Origin: an uncultured Cryomorphaceae bacterium
Lineage (GTDB): Bacteria > Bacteroidota > Bacteroidia > Flavobacteriales > UBA7430
Reading direction: 5' to 3'
Assembly (NCBI GenBank): GCA_964516765.1
Contig: CAZEWZ010000001.1
Coordinates: 72,755 to 136,754, forward strand
Length of the DNA stretch: 64,000 bases
The notes beneath the pieces were generated by a model. The model saw only the letters and a program-made list of their open reading frames with translations. It was not told the origin of the DNA and made no database searches. The translations under genes were made by a program, and so were the position numbers. Below are positions 19,303 through 29,521 of this stretch, in pieces; positions within the stretch are counted from its first letter, which is position 1; each line of letters begins with the position of its first letter.

Positions 19303-20313
19303 ATGAATGAAAAATCTCTCTCTAGTTCTGATAATCTTATTCTAGATTTGTACAAATGGCGAAAACCCTTGGTTGTGGTAACTTTAATTGCTTGTCTGTT
19401 GGCTGCTGTTGTGTCTTCATCTATATTTGTTACTCCAAAGTTTAAATCTACCTCAATCATTTTTCCAACCACAACCAATTCAATTTCTCAAGCTCTTTTG
19501 GTTGAACATAATCCCTACCGGAAGGATGTTTTGGAATTTGGAGAGGAGTTAGAGGCCGAGCGTTTGCTACAGATTTTAACTTCCGATGAAATGCAAAATA
19601 GAATTGTGGAGGAGTTTTCCCTATTTGGACATTATGAAATTGATCCTAATTCAACCCATGCTCAAACCTGGATCGGCTTGGCATTTAAAGAACATTTTTC
19701 TTTTAAAAGAACTGAATTAATGTCAATTAAAATTGAGGTATTAGATAAGAATCCTCAGATGGCTGCCGATATGTCGAATCGAATCGTTGACCTGATTGAT
19801 ACAGTAATGGCAAGAGTAAAGAAAGAGCGAGCAGAGCAAGCTGTAGTGATTTTAGAGCAAAGAGACGCTAGCTTGTCTTCACGTTTATTTATGATATATG
19901 ATTCTTTAGAAGTCCTGCGTTCTTTTGGAGTTTTAGATGTATCTGTTCAAGCTGAACGTTTGACCGAGTATTATGCGAAAGCTATTTCGAGCGGAAACAG
20001 CATGGGCGCCAAGGCATTGAAGAAGGAGTTTAATACATTAGCCAAGCACGGTGGAGCCTATTTTAGACTCTTTGAGCAATTGGAATTGGTTCAAGAACAA
20101 TTGGAAATTATTCGATTGGAAAAAGAAAATATTCGAATGGAACTCGATGCGAATCTTACTCATAGATTTGTTATCAATAGGGCTTTCCCTGCAGACAAAA
20201 AGTCTTATCCGATACGCTGGCTCATCGTTTTGATGTCTGGAATTTCTTCCTTTTTTTTCACTTTGGTGCTTTTGTATCTTCAACAGTCCCTTTTATTAAA
20301 AGATCTTGACTAA
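19303..20313 (+). CDS. Wzz-like polysaccharide chain-length determinant protein
   Basis: 336 aa with one N-terminal and one C-terminal TM helix. Between them lies a long coiled-coil-like periplasmic region, the Wzz/PCP topology. Confidence 0.6.
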   Translation: MNEKSLSSSDNLILDLYKWRKPLVVVTLIACLLAAVVSSSIFVTPKFKSTSIIFPTTTNSISQALLVEHNPYRKDVLEFGEELEAERLLQILTSDEMQNRIVEEFSLFGHYEIDPNSTHAQTWIGLAFKEHFSFKRTELMSIKIEVLDKNPQMAADMSNRIVDLIDTVMARVKKERAEQAVVILEQRDASLSSRLFMIYDSLEVLRSFGVLDVSVQAERLTEYYAKAISSGNSMGAKALKKEFNTLAKHGGAYFRLFEQLELVQEQLEIIRLEKENIRMELDANLTHRFVINRAFPADKKSYPIRWLIVLMSGISSFFFTLVLLYLQQSLLLKDLD

Positions 20314-21739
20314 TAAGCAACTTGGATATATTATTTCGTGTCTGCTTGTCCTATTTGTTGCTGGCAACTCCTATATGATTGCCGTGGAAAAATATTGGAT
20401 TCTGCTTATTCCTTTTGCACTAGCTATAATTATTTTAGCGATTCTTCGAATAGATTATCTTTTGGCATTAGTTGCCTTTCTTACCCCATTATCAACCACC
20501 CTCGGAGAGTTGGGAATATATAGTCCCATCGGAGTTGAAATGTCTCTGCCTACCGAACCTCTACTTTTTGGTTTAATGATTATCGCTTGGATAAAGATGT
20601 TCAGTGATTCAAATCTTTTTAGAGGCTTATATTCACATCCAATTTCTTGGTGTATTGCTATCTATATTTTCTGGATGTTTTTCACATCAATAAGTAGTTC
20701 TATCCCTTTGGTATCTCTAAAGGTCTTAGTCACTCGATTGTGGTTTATAAGTAGTTTCTATGTGCTTGCCTATTCTTGGTTCCAACAAAGAGAGAAGATA
20801 CATGTCTTTGTGTCGTGCTATCTTTTTGGATTGTCTATTGTCGCTTTTTATACCTTAATTCAACATGCTTTGTTAGGTTTTGAACACGATGCTGCACATT
20901 GGGTCATGTCTCCTTTTTATAAGGATCATACATCTTATGGTATGTCTTTGGCTCTGCTTATACCATTTGCAATTTATTTATATCGTTTCGGAGAAACATT
21001 CAATAAAAAGTTAGTATATGGATTTTGTTTATTAGTGATTTTATCTGCTATTATTTTTTCCTATACGCGTGCGGCTTGGCTTAGTCTAATAGCTGCTGCA
21101 TGTGTTTATGTAGTGATGAAACTCAGAATTAGATTTTCAGTTTTATTTAGCTCTGGTATATTATTAGTATCATTTTTATTTGTTTTTCAGACAGAAATAT
21201 TAATCGCTTTGGAAAAGAATAGTCAAGATTCTTCAGATAGCTTTACAGAGCACATTGAATCGATGTCTAATGTGAGTACTGATGCTTCAAATTTAGAAAG
21301 GATTAATAGATGGAAGTCTGCTATTCGTCTTTTCAGAGAAAGACCCCATTTAGGTTGGGGGGCAGGTACATTTCAATTTAATTATGCTCCCTATCAAAAT
21401 TATTACGACAAAACCATTATCAGCACAAATTCGGGTAACAAGGGTAATGCACACTCTGAATATTTGAGCATTCTCGCTGAAACCGGTTGGCCCGGACTTT
21501 TTATATTTATTGTTTTTTTGGTGGTTATTTTTTCAAAATCTATTCTTCTTTATGGGAAGCTCAATGATAAGAAAGACAAAGCTTTGGTGATGGCTTGCAT
21601 TTTATCTTTAGTCACATATTTTACACATGCAGTTCTAAATAATTTTTTGGATATGGATAAGGCTTCCGTCCCATTGTGGGCCTTTATTTCGATTATCGTT
21701 ATGATGGATGTTAATGAAAGTTCAATTGTGGAAAGTTGA
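20306..21739 (+). CDS. O-antigen ligase / polymerase family membrane protein (Wzy_C domain)
   Basis: 477 aa and polytopic. Has YTRAAWLSL and NAHSEYLSILAETGWPG motifs typical of the O-antigen ligase family. A TTG start overlaps the upstream gene by 8 nt, so the start is uncertain. Confidence 0.75.
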   Translation: MTNKQLGYIISCLLVLFVAGNSYMIAVEKYWILLIPFALAIIILAILRIDYLLALVAFLTPLSTTLGELGIYSPIGVEMSLPTEPLLFGLMIIAWIKMFSDSNLFRGLYSHPISWCIAIYIFWMFFTSISSSIPLVSLKVLVTRLWFISSFYVLAYSWFQQREKIHVFVSCYLFGLSIVAFYTLIQHALLGFEHDAAHWVMSPFYKDHTSYGMSLALLIPFAIYLYRFGETFNKKLVYGFCLLVILSAIIFSYTRAAWLSLIAAACVYVVMKLRIRFSVLFSSGILLVSFLFVFQTEILIALEKNSQDSSDSFTEHIESMSNVSTDASNLERINRWKSAIRLFRERPHLGWGAGTFQFNYAPYQNYYDKTIISTNSGNKGNAHSEYLSILAETGWPGLFIFIVFLVVIFSKSILLYGKLNDKKDKALVMACILSLVTYFTHAVLNNFLDMDKASVPLWAFISIIVMMDVNESSIVES

Positions 21740-21783
21740 AAAAGAGATCTGTAGACTTCTTTTTTGGAAAAAGTTATAAAGTT

Positions 21784-22350
21784 TTATTCTTTAACTCTTT
21801 CTTGATAAGCGCCCTTCACTGTATCAATTTTAATTTTATCTCCTTCATTGATGAATAAGGGAACATTTACACTAGCTCCCGTCTCAACCGTAGCAGGTTT
21901 TGTCGCATTAGTGGCAGTATTTCCTTTCTCTCCTGGTTCAGTGTAAGTAATTTCTAAGACTACTGAGGATGGAACATCACAGGTAAGAGGGTTTTCTTCG
22001 TCAGCATCAAAAACGACCTCAACAATTTGTCCTTCTTTCATGAAAGTGTGTCCGCCAACCATTATTTTTTCTAAATAAATTTGTTCGAAGGTTTCTGTAT
22101 TCATAAAATGAAAGCCTTGGTCTTCAGGATACAAATATTGATATTTTCTAGTCTCAACTCTTACAACTTCAATTTTTGATCCTGAAGGAAATGTGTTGTC
22201 TAAGACTTTTCCACTGGTTAAACTTTTTAGTTTAGTTCGAACAAATGCAGGTCCTTTTCCAGGTTTAACATGAAGAAATTCGATGATTTTAAATAGGTCA
22301 TGATTATGCTTAATGCACAATCCATTTTTGATCTCAGAAGTACTTGCCAT
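21784..22350 (-). CDS. efp: Elongation factor P
   Basis: 188 aa with VKPGKGPAFVRTKLKSL and full-length EF-P architecture. Confidence 0.96.
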   Translation of the reverse strand: MASTSEIKNGLCIKHNHDLFKIIEFLHVKPGKGPAFVRTKLKSLTSGKVLDNTFPSGSKIEVVRVETRKYQYLYPEDQGFHFMNTETFEQIYLEKIMVGGHTFMKEGQIVEVVFDADEENPLTCDVPSSVVLEITYTEPGEKGNTATNATKPATVETGASVNVPLFINEGDKIKIDTVKGAYQERVKE

Positions 22351-22371
22351 AATTCAAATATTTGTCCAAAG

Positions 22372-23016
22372 TTATTGTTTTTTTGTGATTTTATTTGAAG
22401 AGATATTTTCCATTTTTAACTTATTTTTACAAAAGAAGAATTCTGCTTCTATATTATTAGAACAAACAATGATTAACTTGCCATGTAAATACTTTAAAGC
22501 CAATTTTTTGTACCATTGAATACCTTTTTCATCTAGGTTAGAACATGGTTCATCAAGCAGTACAACAGAAGCCTCTGTGAGTAAGGCAAGTGCAAGTTTC
22601 AATCTCTGCTTCATGCCAGATGAAAAGTTTTTTATTTGTTTGTTTCTAGAATCTTCTAAATATGCGATTTTGATTAAATCATCTTTTGTTAAAGATTCTT
22701 GCAACTGTTTGAATTTAATATAAAAATCTACAAATTCGTCAAGAAACATTTCCTCTATAAGCTCAAAGTAAGGCGCAGCATATACTATGTGTTCATGCCA
22801 GTTCTCTGCAATAATATTTTTGTTTTTTATTTTAAGGGTTGTCTTTCCAACGCTCGCACTAAGATGTCCTGAAATAATCTGAAGTAGAGTTGATTTTCCA
22901 GATCCGTTTGCTCCAATAATAACATAAGATCCAGGTAGGCGGAAGTCTAAATGAATGTTTTTAAAGAGCCAGTTTTTTTGAAACTTCTTTCCTATGTTTG
23001 AAATGCACAATGACAC
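22372..23016 (-). CDS. ABC transporter ATP-binding protein
   Basis: 214 aa. Walker A is GANGSGKST, the signature is FSSGMKQR and Walker B is VLLDEP. Confidence 0.85.
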   Translation of the reverse strand: MSLCISNIGKKFQKNWLFKNIHLDFRLPGSYVIIGANGSGKSTLLQIISGHLSASVGKTTLKIKNKNIIAENWHEHIVYAAPYFELIEEMFLDEFVDFYIKFKQLQESLTKDDLIKIAYLEDSRNKQIKNFSSGMKQRLKLALALLTEASVVLLDEPCSNLDEKGIQWYKKLALKYLHGKLIIVCSNNIEAEFFFCKNKLKMENISSNKITKKQ

Positions 23017-23799
23017 TTATTTCGATATTTGTTTTTTGACAATCCCACGGTCTGACTGTTCAATGAAATCGATAATTAGATCTCTTTCATCACTAGTGTT
23101 GAATTCTGATTTTATAATTTTCAAAGCCTGTGTGATATTATTATTATTTTGAAATACTTGACGATAAATTTCTTGTATTTCAGTGATTTTTTTAGGACTA
23201 AATTTACGTCTACGAAGACCCAAAGCATTAATTCCAACAAATCTAAGAGGTTCTTTTGCCACTTTCACATACGGAGGTACATCTTTTCTGACTAATGATC
23301 CTCCAGAAATCATTGCATGTTCACCTATGGAAACAAATTGATGAATAGCAGATAACCCCCCTAAAATTGCGTAATTTCCAATTAAAACGTGTCCTCCAAG
23401 AGCTACATTATTGACTATAATACAATTGTTTCCAACACGGCAATCGTGAGCAATGTGAGCATAAGCCATAATGAGACAATCGTTTCCTATCATTGTTTTT
23501 CCGGAAGCTTTAGTACCCCGATTTATAGTCACACACTCTCTGATGGTTGTGTTATCTCCAATTATGACTAAACTGTCTTCTCCTTCGAATTTCAAGTCTT
23601 GAGGAATGGCAGAAATAACTGCTCCGGGAAATATTCTACAATTTTCACCAATGCGAGCTCCTTCCATAATGGTGACATTAGAACCGATCCATGTTCCAAG
23701 TCCGATTTCAACATTTTTATGTATACTAGTAAAGGGATCAATATTGACATTTTCTGCAATTTTTGCTGAAGCATCAATATGAGTCAGAGGATGTATCAT
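23017..23799 (-). CDS. lpxA: Acyl-ACP--UDP-N-acetylglucosamine O-acyltransferase
   Basis: 260 aa with hexapeptide repeats plus the LpxA C-terminal helical domain. It sits in lpxD-lpxC/fabZ-lpxA order. Confidence 0.93.
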   Translation of the reverse strand: MIHPLTHIDASAKIAENVNIDPFTSIHKNVEIGLGTWIGSNVTIMEGARIGENCRIFPGAVISAIPQDLKFEGEDSLVIIGDNTTIRECVTINRGTKASGKTMIGNDCLIMAYAHIAHDCRVGNNCIIVNNVALGGHVLIGNYAILGGLSAIHQFVSIGEHAMISGGSLVRKDVPPYVKVAKEPLRFVGINALGLRRRKFSPKKITEIQEIYRQVFQNNNNITQALKIIKSEFNTSDERDLIIDFIEQSDRGIVKKQISK

Positions 23800-23802
23800 T
23801 TT

Positions 23803-25200
23803 TTAGTTTTTGATAGTAGTTTTTTTCACAATTTTCGCCATCATTTCGCCCTCCATAACTAAGATTTCTCCCACGTATGTTCTGCCATACATATGACAAA
23901 TACCCCTTCTTATGGGTGAAATCAGATTAAGTTCAAATATTAGCGTATCGCCTGGTACTACCTTGTGTTTGAATTTAACCTTATCAATTTTCATAAAATA
24001 AGTGAGGTAATTCTCTGGATCTGGTACAGAGCTTAAAACCAATATTCCTCCAGCCTGTGCCATGGCTTCAATTTGAAGAACACCAGGCATCACTGGTGAC
24101 CCAGGGAAATGACCATTGAAGAATGACTCATTCATAGTAGTATTTTTTAAGCCTACTACTCGATTTTCAGACAGCTCTAGTATTTTATCAATAAGAAGAA
24201 ATGGAGGTCTGTGAGGAAGTAGAGTCATAATTTGTTCGATATTCATCACAGGAACATCATTAGGTTTTTGTTTTGGGGCCATTTGTATTTGATTTTGTAT
24301 TTGATCTTTTATCATCTTTGCAAATTCAGTGTTAGGCCTATGCCCTGGTTTATGTGCGATCACTCTCCCTTTAATTGGTCTTCCAATTAGAGTCAAATCA
24401 CCCAAGACATCTAATAGTTTGTGTCGAGCGGCTTCATTTGGGTATCTCAGTGCTATGTTATTCAAGTGTCCTTTCTTGGACTTTGCTATTGATTTTTTGT
24501 TAAATATTTTCGAAAGTCTAATTAACTCATTCGAGCTTATGTCTGCATTCACATAAACAATAGCATTACCTAAATCTCCTCCTTTGATGTGTCCATTTTT
24601 TAATAGTACTTCTAGTTCATTAAGAAAACAAAAAGTTCGAGCATCTGCAAATTCTGTTTCAAAAAGTTCAATGCGAGAAAGTTCAGCTTTCTGTTTCCCT
24701 AGAACAGTTAATCCATAATCTACAGTTACCGATATGCTATAGTTCTCAGCTGGAATAATTTTTAGTGAAGCTCCTGTTTTTTGATCTACATAACTAATTT
24801 CTTCTTTTACCACAAAATAATTTTTTATTGCATTTTGTTTATGTAGTATGGCTGACTTCAAACAATGAATAAATTGAATGGCGCTGCCGTCCATGATAGG
24901 AGGTTCTTCGGCGTCTATTTCAATGAGAATATTATCAATTTCAAGCCCTGTAATAGCTGCAAGTACATGCTCTATGGTTTGGAGTTTAACCTCTCCTTTT
25001 TCTATTGTTGTACTCCTGTCTGTGAATGTGACATAATCGATATTTGCCTCTAATATTGGCTCTCCTAGGAGATCAATTCGTTTGAATGAAATACCATGAT
25101 TAATTGGAGCAGGTTTAAATGTCATAGAGACTTCTGTGCCCGTGTGTAGTCCAAAACCTTTAATTTTGGCTTCATTTTTTATTGTGAATTGATGACTCAT
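23803..25200 (-). CDS. lpxC/fabZ: Bifunctional UDP-3-O-acyl-GlcNAc deacetylase / 3-hydroxyacyl-ACP dehydratase
   Basis: 465 aa. The N-terminal LpxC part has GLHTG and HKPGH. The C-terminal FabZ hotdog part has LPHRPPFLLIDK and FPG.PVMPGVL. This fusion is typical of Bacteroidota. Confidence 0.95.
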   Translation of the reverse strand: MSHQFTIKNEAKIKGFGLHTGTEVSMTFKPAPINHGISFKRIDLLGEPILEANIDYVTFTDRSTTIEKGEVKLQTIEHVLAAITGLEIDNILIEIDAEEPPIMDGSAIQFIHCLKSAILHKQNAIKNYFVVKEEISYVDQKTGASLKIIPAENYSISVTVDYGLTVLGKQKAELSRIELFETEFADARTFCFLNELEVLLKNGHIKGGDLGNAIVYVNADISSNELIRLSKIFNKKSIAKSKKGHLNNIALRYPNEAARHKLLDVLGDLTLIGRPIKGRVIAHKPGHRPNTEFAKMIKDQIQNQIQMAPKQKPNDVPVMNIEQIMTLLPHRPPFLLIDKILELSENRVVGLKNTTMNESFFNGHFPGSPVMPGVLQIEAMAQAGGILVLSSVPDPENYLTYFMKIDKVKFKHKVVPGDTLIFELNLISPIRRGICHMYGRTYVGEILVMEGEMMAKIVKKTTIKN

Positions 25201-25205
25201 TTGAA

Positions 25206-26228
25206 CTAGCTAAGTTTTTTTTCTAAATCAATTATTCTCTTATTTAAATCAGGGAGTTGTCGAAAATAAACATAAGACCGCTGAAATTTTTTAATATCAA
25301 AAGCTAAATTACCTTGAAGAATTCTACCTTTTTGTGTTATGCTTTTTGAAATTCCTGATTTCCCAGCAATTTTAACATTGTCAGCGATGCTAAGATGACC
25401 TGCAATAGCAACATGGCCACCAATCATACAATTTCTCCCAACTTTACTAGAACCTGCAATAGCAGTTTGAGAGGCTATGACAGTATTTTCACCTATTTCA
25501 ACATTGTGTGCAATTTGAATCAAATTATCTAATTTGACTCCCGCGTGAATTATAGTAGACCCCATAGTTGCTCTATCAATACATGTGTTCGCTCCGATTT
25601 CAACTTCTGGATGAATGACAACATTACCAATTTGAGGTATCTTATCGAATGTTTTTTCATTATTGGGTGCAAAACCAAAACCATCTGAGCCGATAACAAC
25701 TCCAGCATGGATGATGCAGTTTTTTTCTATTTGGCAGTCATAGTATATTTTTACTCCAGAATACAGGGTGCAGCCGTCGTTAATTTTCACATTATCACCA
25801 ATGTAACAGTGAGGATATATCCTAACGTTATTGCCCAAGGAGACGTTTTTTCCAATGTAAGCAAAGGCCCCTATGAAGACATTTTTAGGTATTATTGCGG
25901 TTTTATCGATATGAGAAAGAGATTCAATTCTAAAGTCTTGTTCACGTAAACCTTCAATAATTTGGAGCAATTTAGCAAAAGAATTGTAGGGATTGTCAAC
26001 CCGAATGAGGGTAGCTTGAACTTCTTTTTCTAGAACAAAATGTTTGTTTATTATGATCGCCGAAGCATCAGTTGTGTATATGTGTTCTTTATATCTAGAA
26101 TTAGATAAAAAACATAATCCATTTTTAGACCCTTCTTCGATTTTAGTTACTTTATTAAGTATTACATCGGGATTGCCTTCGACAACACCATTAAGCATTT
26201 GAGATATTTTTTTAGCAGTAAATTTCAT
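25206..26228 (-). CDS. lpxD: UDP-3-O-(3-hydroxyacyl)glucosamine N-acyltransferase
   Basis: 340 aa with an N-terminal LpxD domain followed by a long left-handed beta-helix of hexapeptide repeats. Confidence 0.93.
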   Translation of the reverse strand: MKFTAKKISQMLNGVVEGNPDVILNKVTKIEEGSKNGLCFLSNSRYKEHIYTTDASAIIINKHFVLEKEVQATLIRVDNPYNSFAKLLQIIEGLREQDFRIESLSHIDKTAIIPKNVFIGAFAYIGKNVSLGNNVRIYPHCYIGDNVKINDGCTLYSGVKIYYDCQIEKNCIIHAGVVIGSDGFGFAPNNEKTFDKIPQIGNVVIHPEVEIGANTCIDRATMGSTIIHAGVKLDNLIQIAHNVEIGENTVIASQTAIAGSSKVGRNCMIGGHVAIAGHLSIADNVKIAGKSGISKSITQKGRILQGNLAFDIKKFQRSYVYFRQLPDLNKRIIDLEKKLS

Positions 26229-26250
26229 ACGGGCTAAAATACAATTTTTT

Positions 26251-27495
26251 CTATACGGAACAATCCTTTGGGTAGCATAGAGAATGTTTAGTAATAGTTC
26301 GAGCTAAGACGGAAATATTGAGTTGGTCGGCCGCTTTTGCAATGTCAGTTATCGTCCCATCTTTATATAACAGGTTAATTTTATCTTTCTTTGGGTCATA
26401 AGCTTTATTATCAATTTTGTTTGTAAAGACCAAATGATGGCAGTCTTCTTTTTTTATCCCATACTTAGCAACGACTCTTTTTTTAATATTTTCAATATAT
26501 TTTGCAGAAAAAGATTTTTCTTGAAGTTCAATCTTAAGTAATTTTCGTTCAATCAACATTCTACTTAATAATGACAATAATTTGTCTGGGTGAGAGCACC
26601 ACTCCTTGATAGAACACATTATGTCATTATCATCTAATTTACAGAAAATCTCAAGGAGTCTTTTATGGGTGTAAAAGTTTTCTAAACTATGGTTGTTATC
26701 TAAAAACTCTTTAAGTGCAGAGGTACTAAAAAGTGTAATTCCACTTTTAGAAAGCCATTTCGCTCGTTTTAAGATTTCAGCTAGAGTGAATTCTGCAGAT
26801 AAAACTGTTTTGTGAAGATAGACTTGCCAATACATGAGCCTTCGTGCAATGATAAATTTCTCGACAGAATAAATAGCTTTTGCATCTATGACTAATTCAC
26901 CCTTACTCACATTGAGCATGTTGATTAATCTGTCAGAGTTGATAATTCCTTCTGAAACTCCAGAAAAAAAGCTATCTCTCTTGAGATAATCAAGTCGATC
27001 CACATCCAATTGGCTTGAGATGAGTTGATGTAAAAATAGTTTATGATATTTGTTTTGGAAAATTTTAAGTGCTAAAGACAATTTTCCATCAAAATCTTCG
27101 TTTAATTCCTGCATCACTAATATAGATAGATCTTCGTGATTTACTCCGTCGACAATACTATGTTCTAATGCATGAGAAAAGGGACCGTGGCCAATATCGT
27201 GTAGTAAAATAGCAATTAATACGGCTTGTTCTTCTTCTTCGCTAATCGGATGGCCTTTAGATTGAAGAGATTTTACTGCATTTTGCATAAGATGCATTGC
27301 GCCAAGTGCGTGATGAAAGCGTGTGTGATAAGCTCCAGGATAAACCAAGTATGTTAATCCAAGTTGACTAATACGTCTCAAACGCTGAAAATACCGATGC
27401 TCTACTAGCCTAGAAAGTAACTCATTGGGAATACTTGTAAATCCATATACGGGATCATTAAGAATTTTTGTTTTATTCACTGAATAAGCCATCAA
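26251..27495 (-). CDS. HD domain protein (dNTP triphosphohydrolase-like)
   Basis: 414 aa. Has RF.HALG and LLHDIGHGPFSH HD motifs and DVDRLDYL.RD. Confidence 0.85.
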   Translation of the reverse strand: MMAYSVNKTKILNDPVYGFTSIPNELLSRLVEHRYFQRLRRISQLGLTYLVYPGAYHTRFHHALGAMHLMQNAVKSLQSKGHPISEEEEQAVLIAILLHDIGHGPFSHALEHSIVDGVNHEDLSILVMQELNEDFDGKLSLALKIFQNKYHKLFLHQLISSQLDVDRLDYLKRDSFFSGVSEGIINSDRLINMLNVSKGELVIDAKAIYSVEKFIIARRLMYWQVYLHKTVLSAEFTLAEILKRAKWLSKSGITLFSTSALKEFLDNNHSLENFYTHKRLLEIFCKLDDNDIMCSIKEWCSHPDKLLSLLSRMLIERKLLKIELQEKSFSAKYIENIKKRVVAKYGIKKEDCHHLVFTNKIDNKAYDPKKDKINLLYKDGTITDIAKAADQLNISVLARTITKHSLCYPKDCSV

Positions 27496-27545
27496 TTTTA
27501 TTAATTTTAAACTATTAGTTCATATTACGAAATTACTAAATATCT

Positions 27546-29096
27546 ATGGAAAAAGTTAGGATACTTTGGGTGGATGATGAGATAGAATTATTAAAACCAC
27601 ATATTATATTTCTTGAAGCCAAAGGTTATGAGGTAAGTACGGCTAATAATGGAGAGGATGCACTTGAGTCTCTGGATAACCATACTTTTGAAATCATTTT
27701 TTTAGATGAAAATATGCCTGGTCTTTCTGGTATAGAAACTCTAGAACGAATATATGAGCGGCATAATATTCCTGTGGTAATGATTACAAAAAGTGAAGAA
27801 GAGTTCATTATGGAAGAAGCTTTAGGGTCTAAGATTTCAGATTACCTTATTAAGCCCGTAAATCCAAATCAAATTTTACTTTCCTTAAAAAAAAATCTCG
27901 ATTCCAAGCGACTTGTTAATGACAAAGTAACAACTAGTTATCAAAAAGAGTTTAGACAAATTAGTCAATCCATTATGGAGGCTAGGAGTCTACAGGATTG
28001 GTTTTTAATTTATCATAATTTAGTTCATTGGGAATTAGAGATTGATGAGATTGATTCCTCTGGTATGGTTGAGATTATTGAGATGCAAAAAGCAGATGCT
28101 AATGCACAGTTTTTTAAATATGTGAAGAATAATTATGAATCTTGGTTGAAAGATGGACCAGAGAAGCCTGTTCTTTCTCATAATCTACTTAGAGATAAGC
28201 TTGTCCCTTTTCTCTCAAATGAACGTCCTGATTTTTTTATATTGATTGATAATCTACGCCATGATCAGTGGAAAATATTACAACCCATTGTTGAGGAGTG
28301 GTTTATTATTGATGAGGAATCAAGTTTTTGTAGTATTCTACCTACGGCAACTCAATATTCTAGAAATTCAATATTCTCTGGATTAACCCCTCTAGATCTA
28401 TCTAAGCGCTTCCCGCACTTGTGGAAAAATGACCATGAAGAAGGAGGCAAAAATCTTCACGAAAAAGAGTTTTTGCAAGATCAAATGGAAAGATTGGGTC
28501 TTTCGAAAAAAAAAATAAGCTACAATAAGGTCGTTCAGCAGCAATTTGGAACTAGACTAGTAGATCAGTTTAATCATTTACTTCAAAATGACTTAAATTT
28601 TATTGTGTATAATTTCGTTGATATGCTATCTCATGCAAAAACAGAAATGGAAATGATTAGAGAGTTAGCAGGTAATGATAAATCATATCGTGCCCTAACA
28701 AGAACCTGGTTTAAAAACTCATCTTTGCTGGAGATGCTAAAAAAAATTACTGAAAGTGGCTCTCAGTTATTTATTACTACTGATCATGGAACTATCAATG
28801 TAGGGGTGCCCTCCAAAGTTATTGGGGATAAAGAAACATCGTCTAATTTGAGATATAAAACAGGGAAAAGACTGCAGTATCAGCCCAAGGATGTTATGGT
28901 GATGGATAATCCAGAACAATTTTTCTTACCTGCTTCAAATTTAAGTTCAAAATTTATTTTCGCAAAAGAAAATATTTATTTAACCTATCCGAATAATTAC
29001 AATCATTTTGTGAAATACTTTAAAGATACATATCAGCACGGGGGAATTTCATTGCAAGAAATGGTTTGTCCCTTTATTCGTTTGTCACCTAAATAA
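27546..29096 (+). CDS. porX: Response regulator with a C-terminal PglZ / alkaline-phosphatase-superfamily domain (PorX-like)
   Basis: 516 aa. The N-terminal receiver reads ILWVDDE...FLDENMPGLSG...K. The C-terminal PglZ-type domain includes DHG. Size and architecture match the T9SS regulator PorX. Confidence 0.8.
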   Translation: MEKVRILWVDDEIELLKPHIIFLEAKGYEVSTANNGEDALESLDNHTFEIIFLDENMPGLSGIETLERIYERHNIPVVMITKSEEEFIMEEALGSKISDYLIKPVNPNQILLSLKKNLDSKRLVNDKVTTSYQKEFRQISQSIMEARSLQDWFLIYHNLVHWELEIDEIDSSGMVEIIEMQKADANAQFFKYVKNNYESWLKDGPEKPVLSHNLLRDKLVPFLSNERPDFFILIDNLRHDQWKILQPIVEEWFIIDEESSFCSILPTATQYSRNSIFSGLTPLDLSKRFPHLWKNDHEEGGKNLHEKEFLQDQMERLGLSKKKISYNKVVQQQFGTRLVDQFNHLLQNDLNFIVYNFVDMLSHAKTEMEMIRELAGNDKSYRALTRTWFKNSSLLEMLKKITESGSQLFITTDHGTINVGVPSKVIGDKETSSNLRYKTGKRLQYQPKDVMVMDNPEQFFLPASNLSSKFIFAKENIYLTYPNNYNHFVKYFKDTYQHGGISLQEMVCPFIRLSPK

Positions 29097-29519
29097 ATGA
29101 AAGTTACTATTAACTCTTTAATTGAATTGCCAGATTTGGCATCACAGATTCTTAAAAATCACTCATTTAAGGTAATCCTTTTTTATGGAGAGATGGGTGT
29201 AGGTAAAACTACTTTTATTAAGAGTCTATGTGCTAAACTAGGTGTGAAAAAAACAGATGTATGTAGTCCAACTTATTCCTTAATTAATGAGTATGAGACA
29301 GCTATGGGTGATTTGGTTTATCATTTTGATTTTTATAGATTAGATTCTGAGGAAGAGGCATATGATATAGGTTATGAAGATTATTTCTATTCCGATCATT
29401 ATTGTTTTATCGAATGGCCAGAAAAGATATTTAACTTACTGCCTGAGCAGCATTTAAGTATTCATATCGAGTCTTTTACCAATAAGCGTATATTTACCAT
29501 CAAAGAGATACAGCTTTAG
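29097..29519 (+). CDS. tsaE: tRNA t6A biosynthesis protein TsaE
   Basis: 140 aa. Has the P-loop GEMGVGKTT, the SPTY.L motif and the HFDFYRL motif. Confidence 0.9.
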   Translation: MKVTINSLIELPDLASQILKNHSFKVILFYGEMGVGKTTFIKSLCAKLGVKKTDVCSPTYSLINEYETAMGDLVYHFDFYRLDSEEEAYDIGYEDYFYSDHYCFIEWPEKIFNLLPEQHLSIHIESFTNKRIFTIKEIQL

Positions 29520-29521
29520 TA

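Noticed and set aside
26251-27495. HD-domain dNTPase-like protein as an anti-phage dGTPase/SAMHD1-type defence gene
   Set aside because: It directly abuts the lpxD-lpxC/fabZ-lpxA operon in a layout that looks core and conserved. I see no mobile-element or defence-island context.
27546-29096. PglZ domain as a marker of a BREX/DISARM-like phage-defence system
   Set aside because: Here the PglZ domain is fused to a receiver domain, the PorX architecture. It sits between an HD protein/lpxD and tsaE, which are conserved housekeeping neighbours. No pglX, brxC, methylase or helicase gene is nearby.
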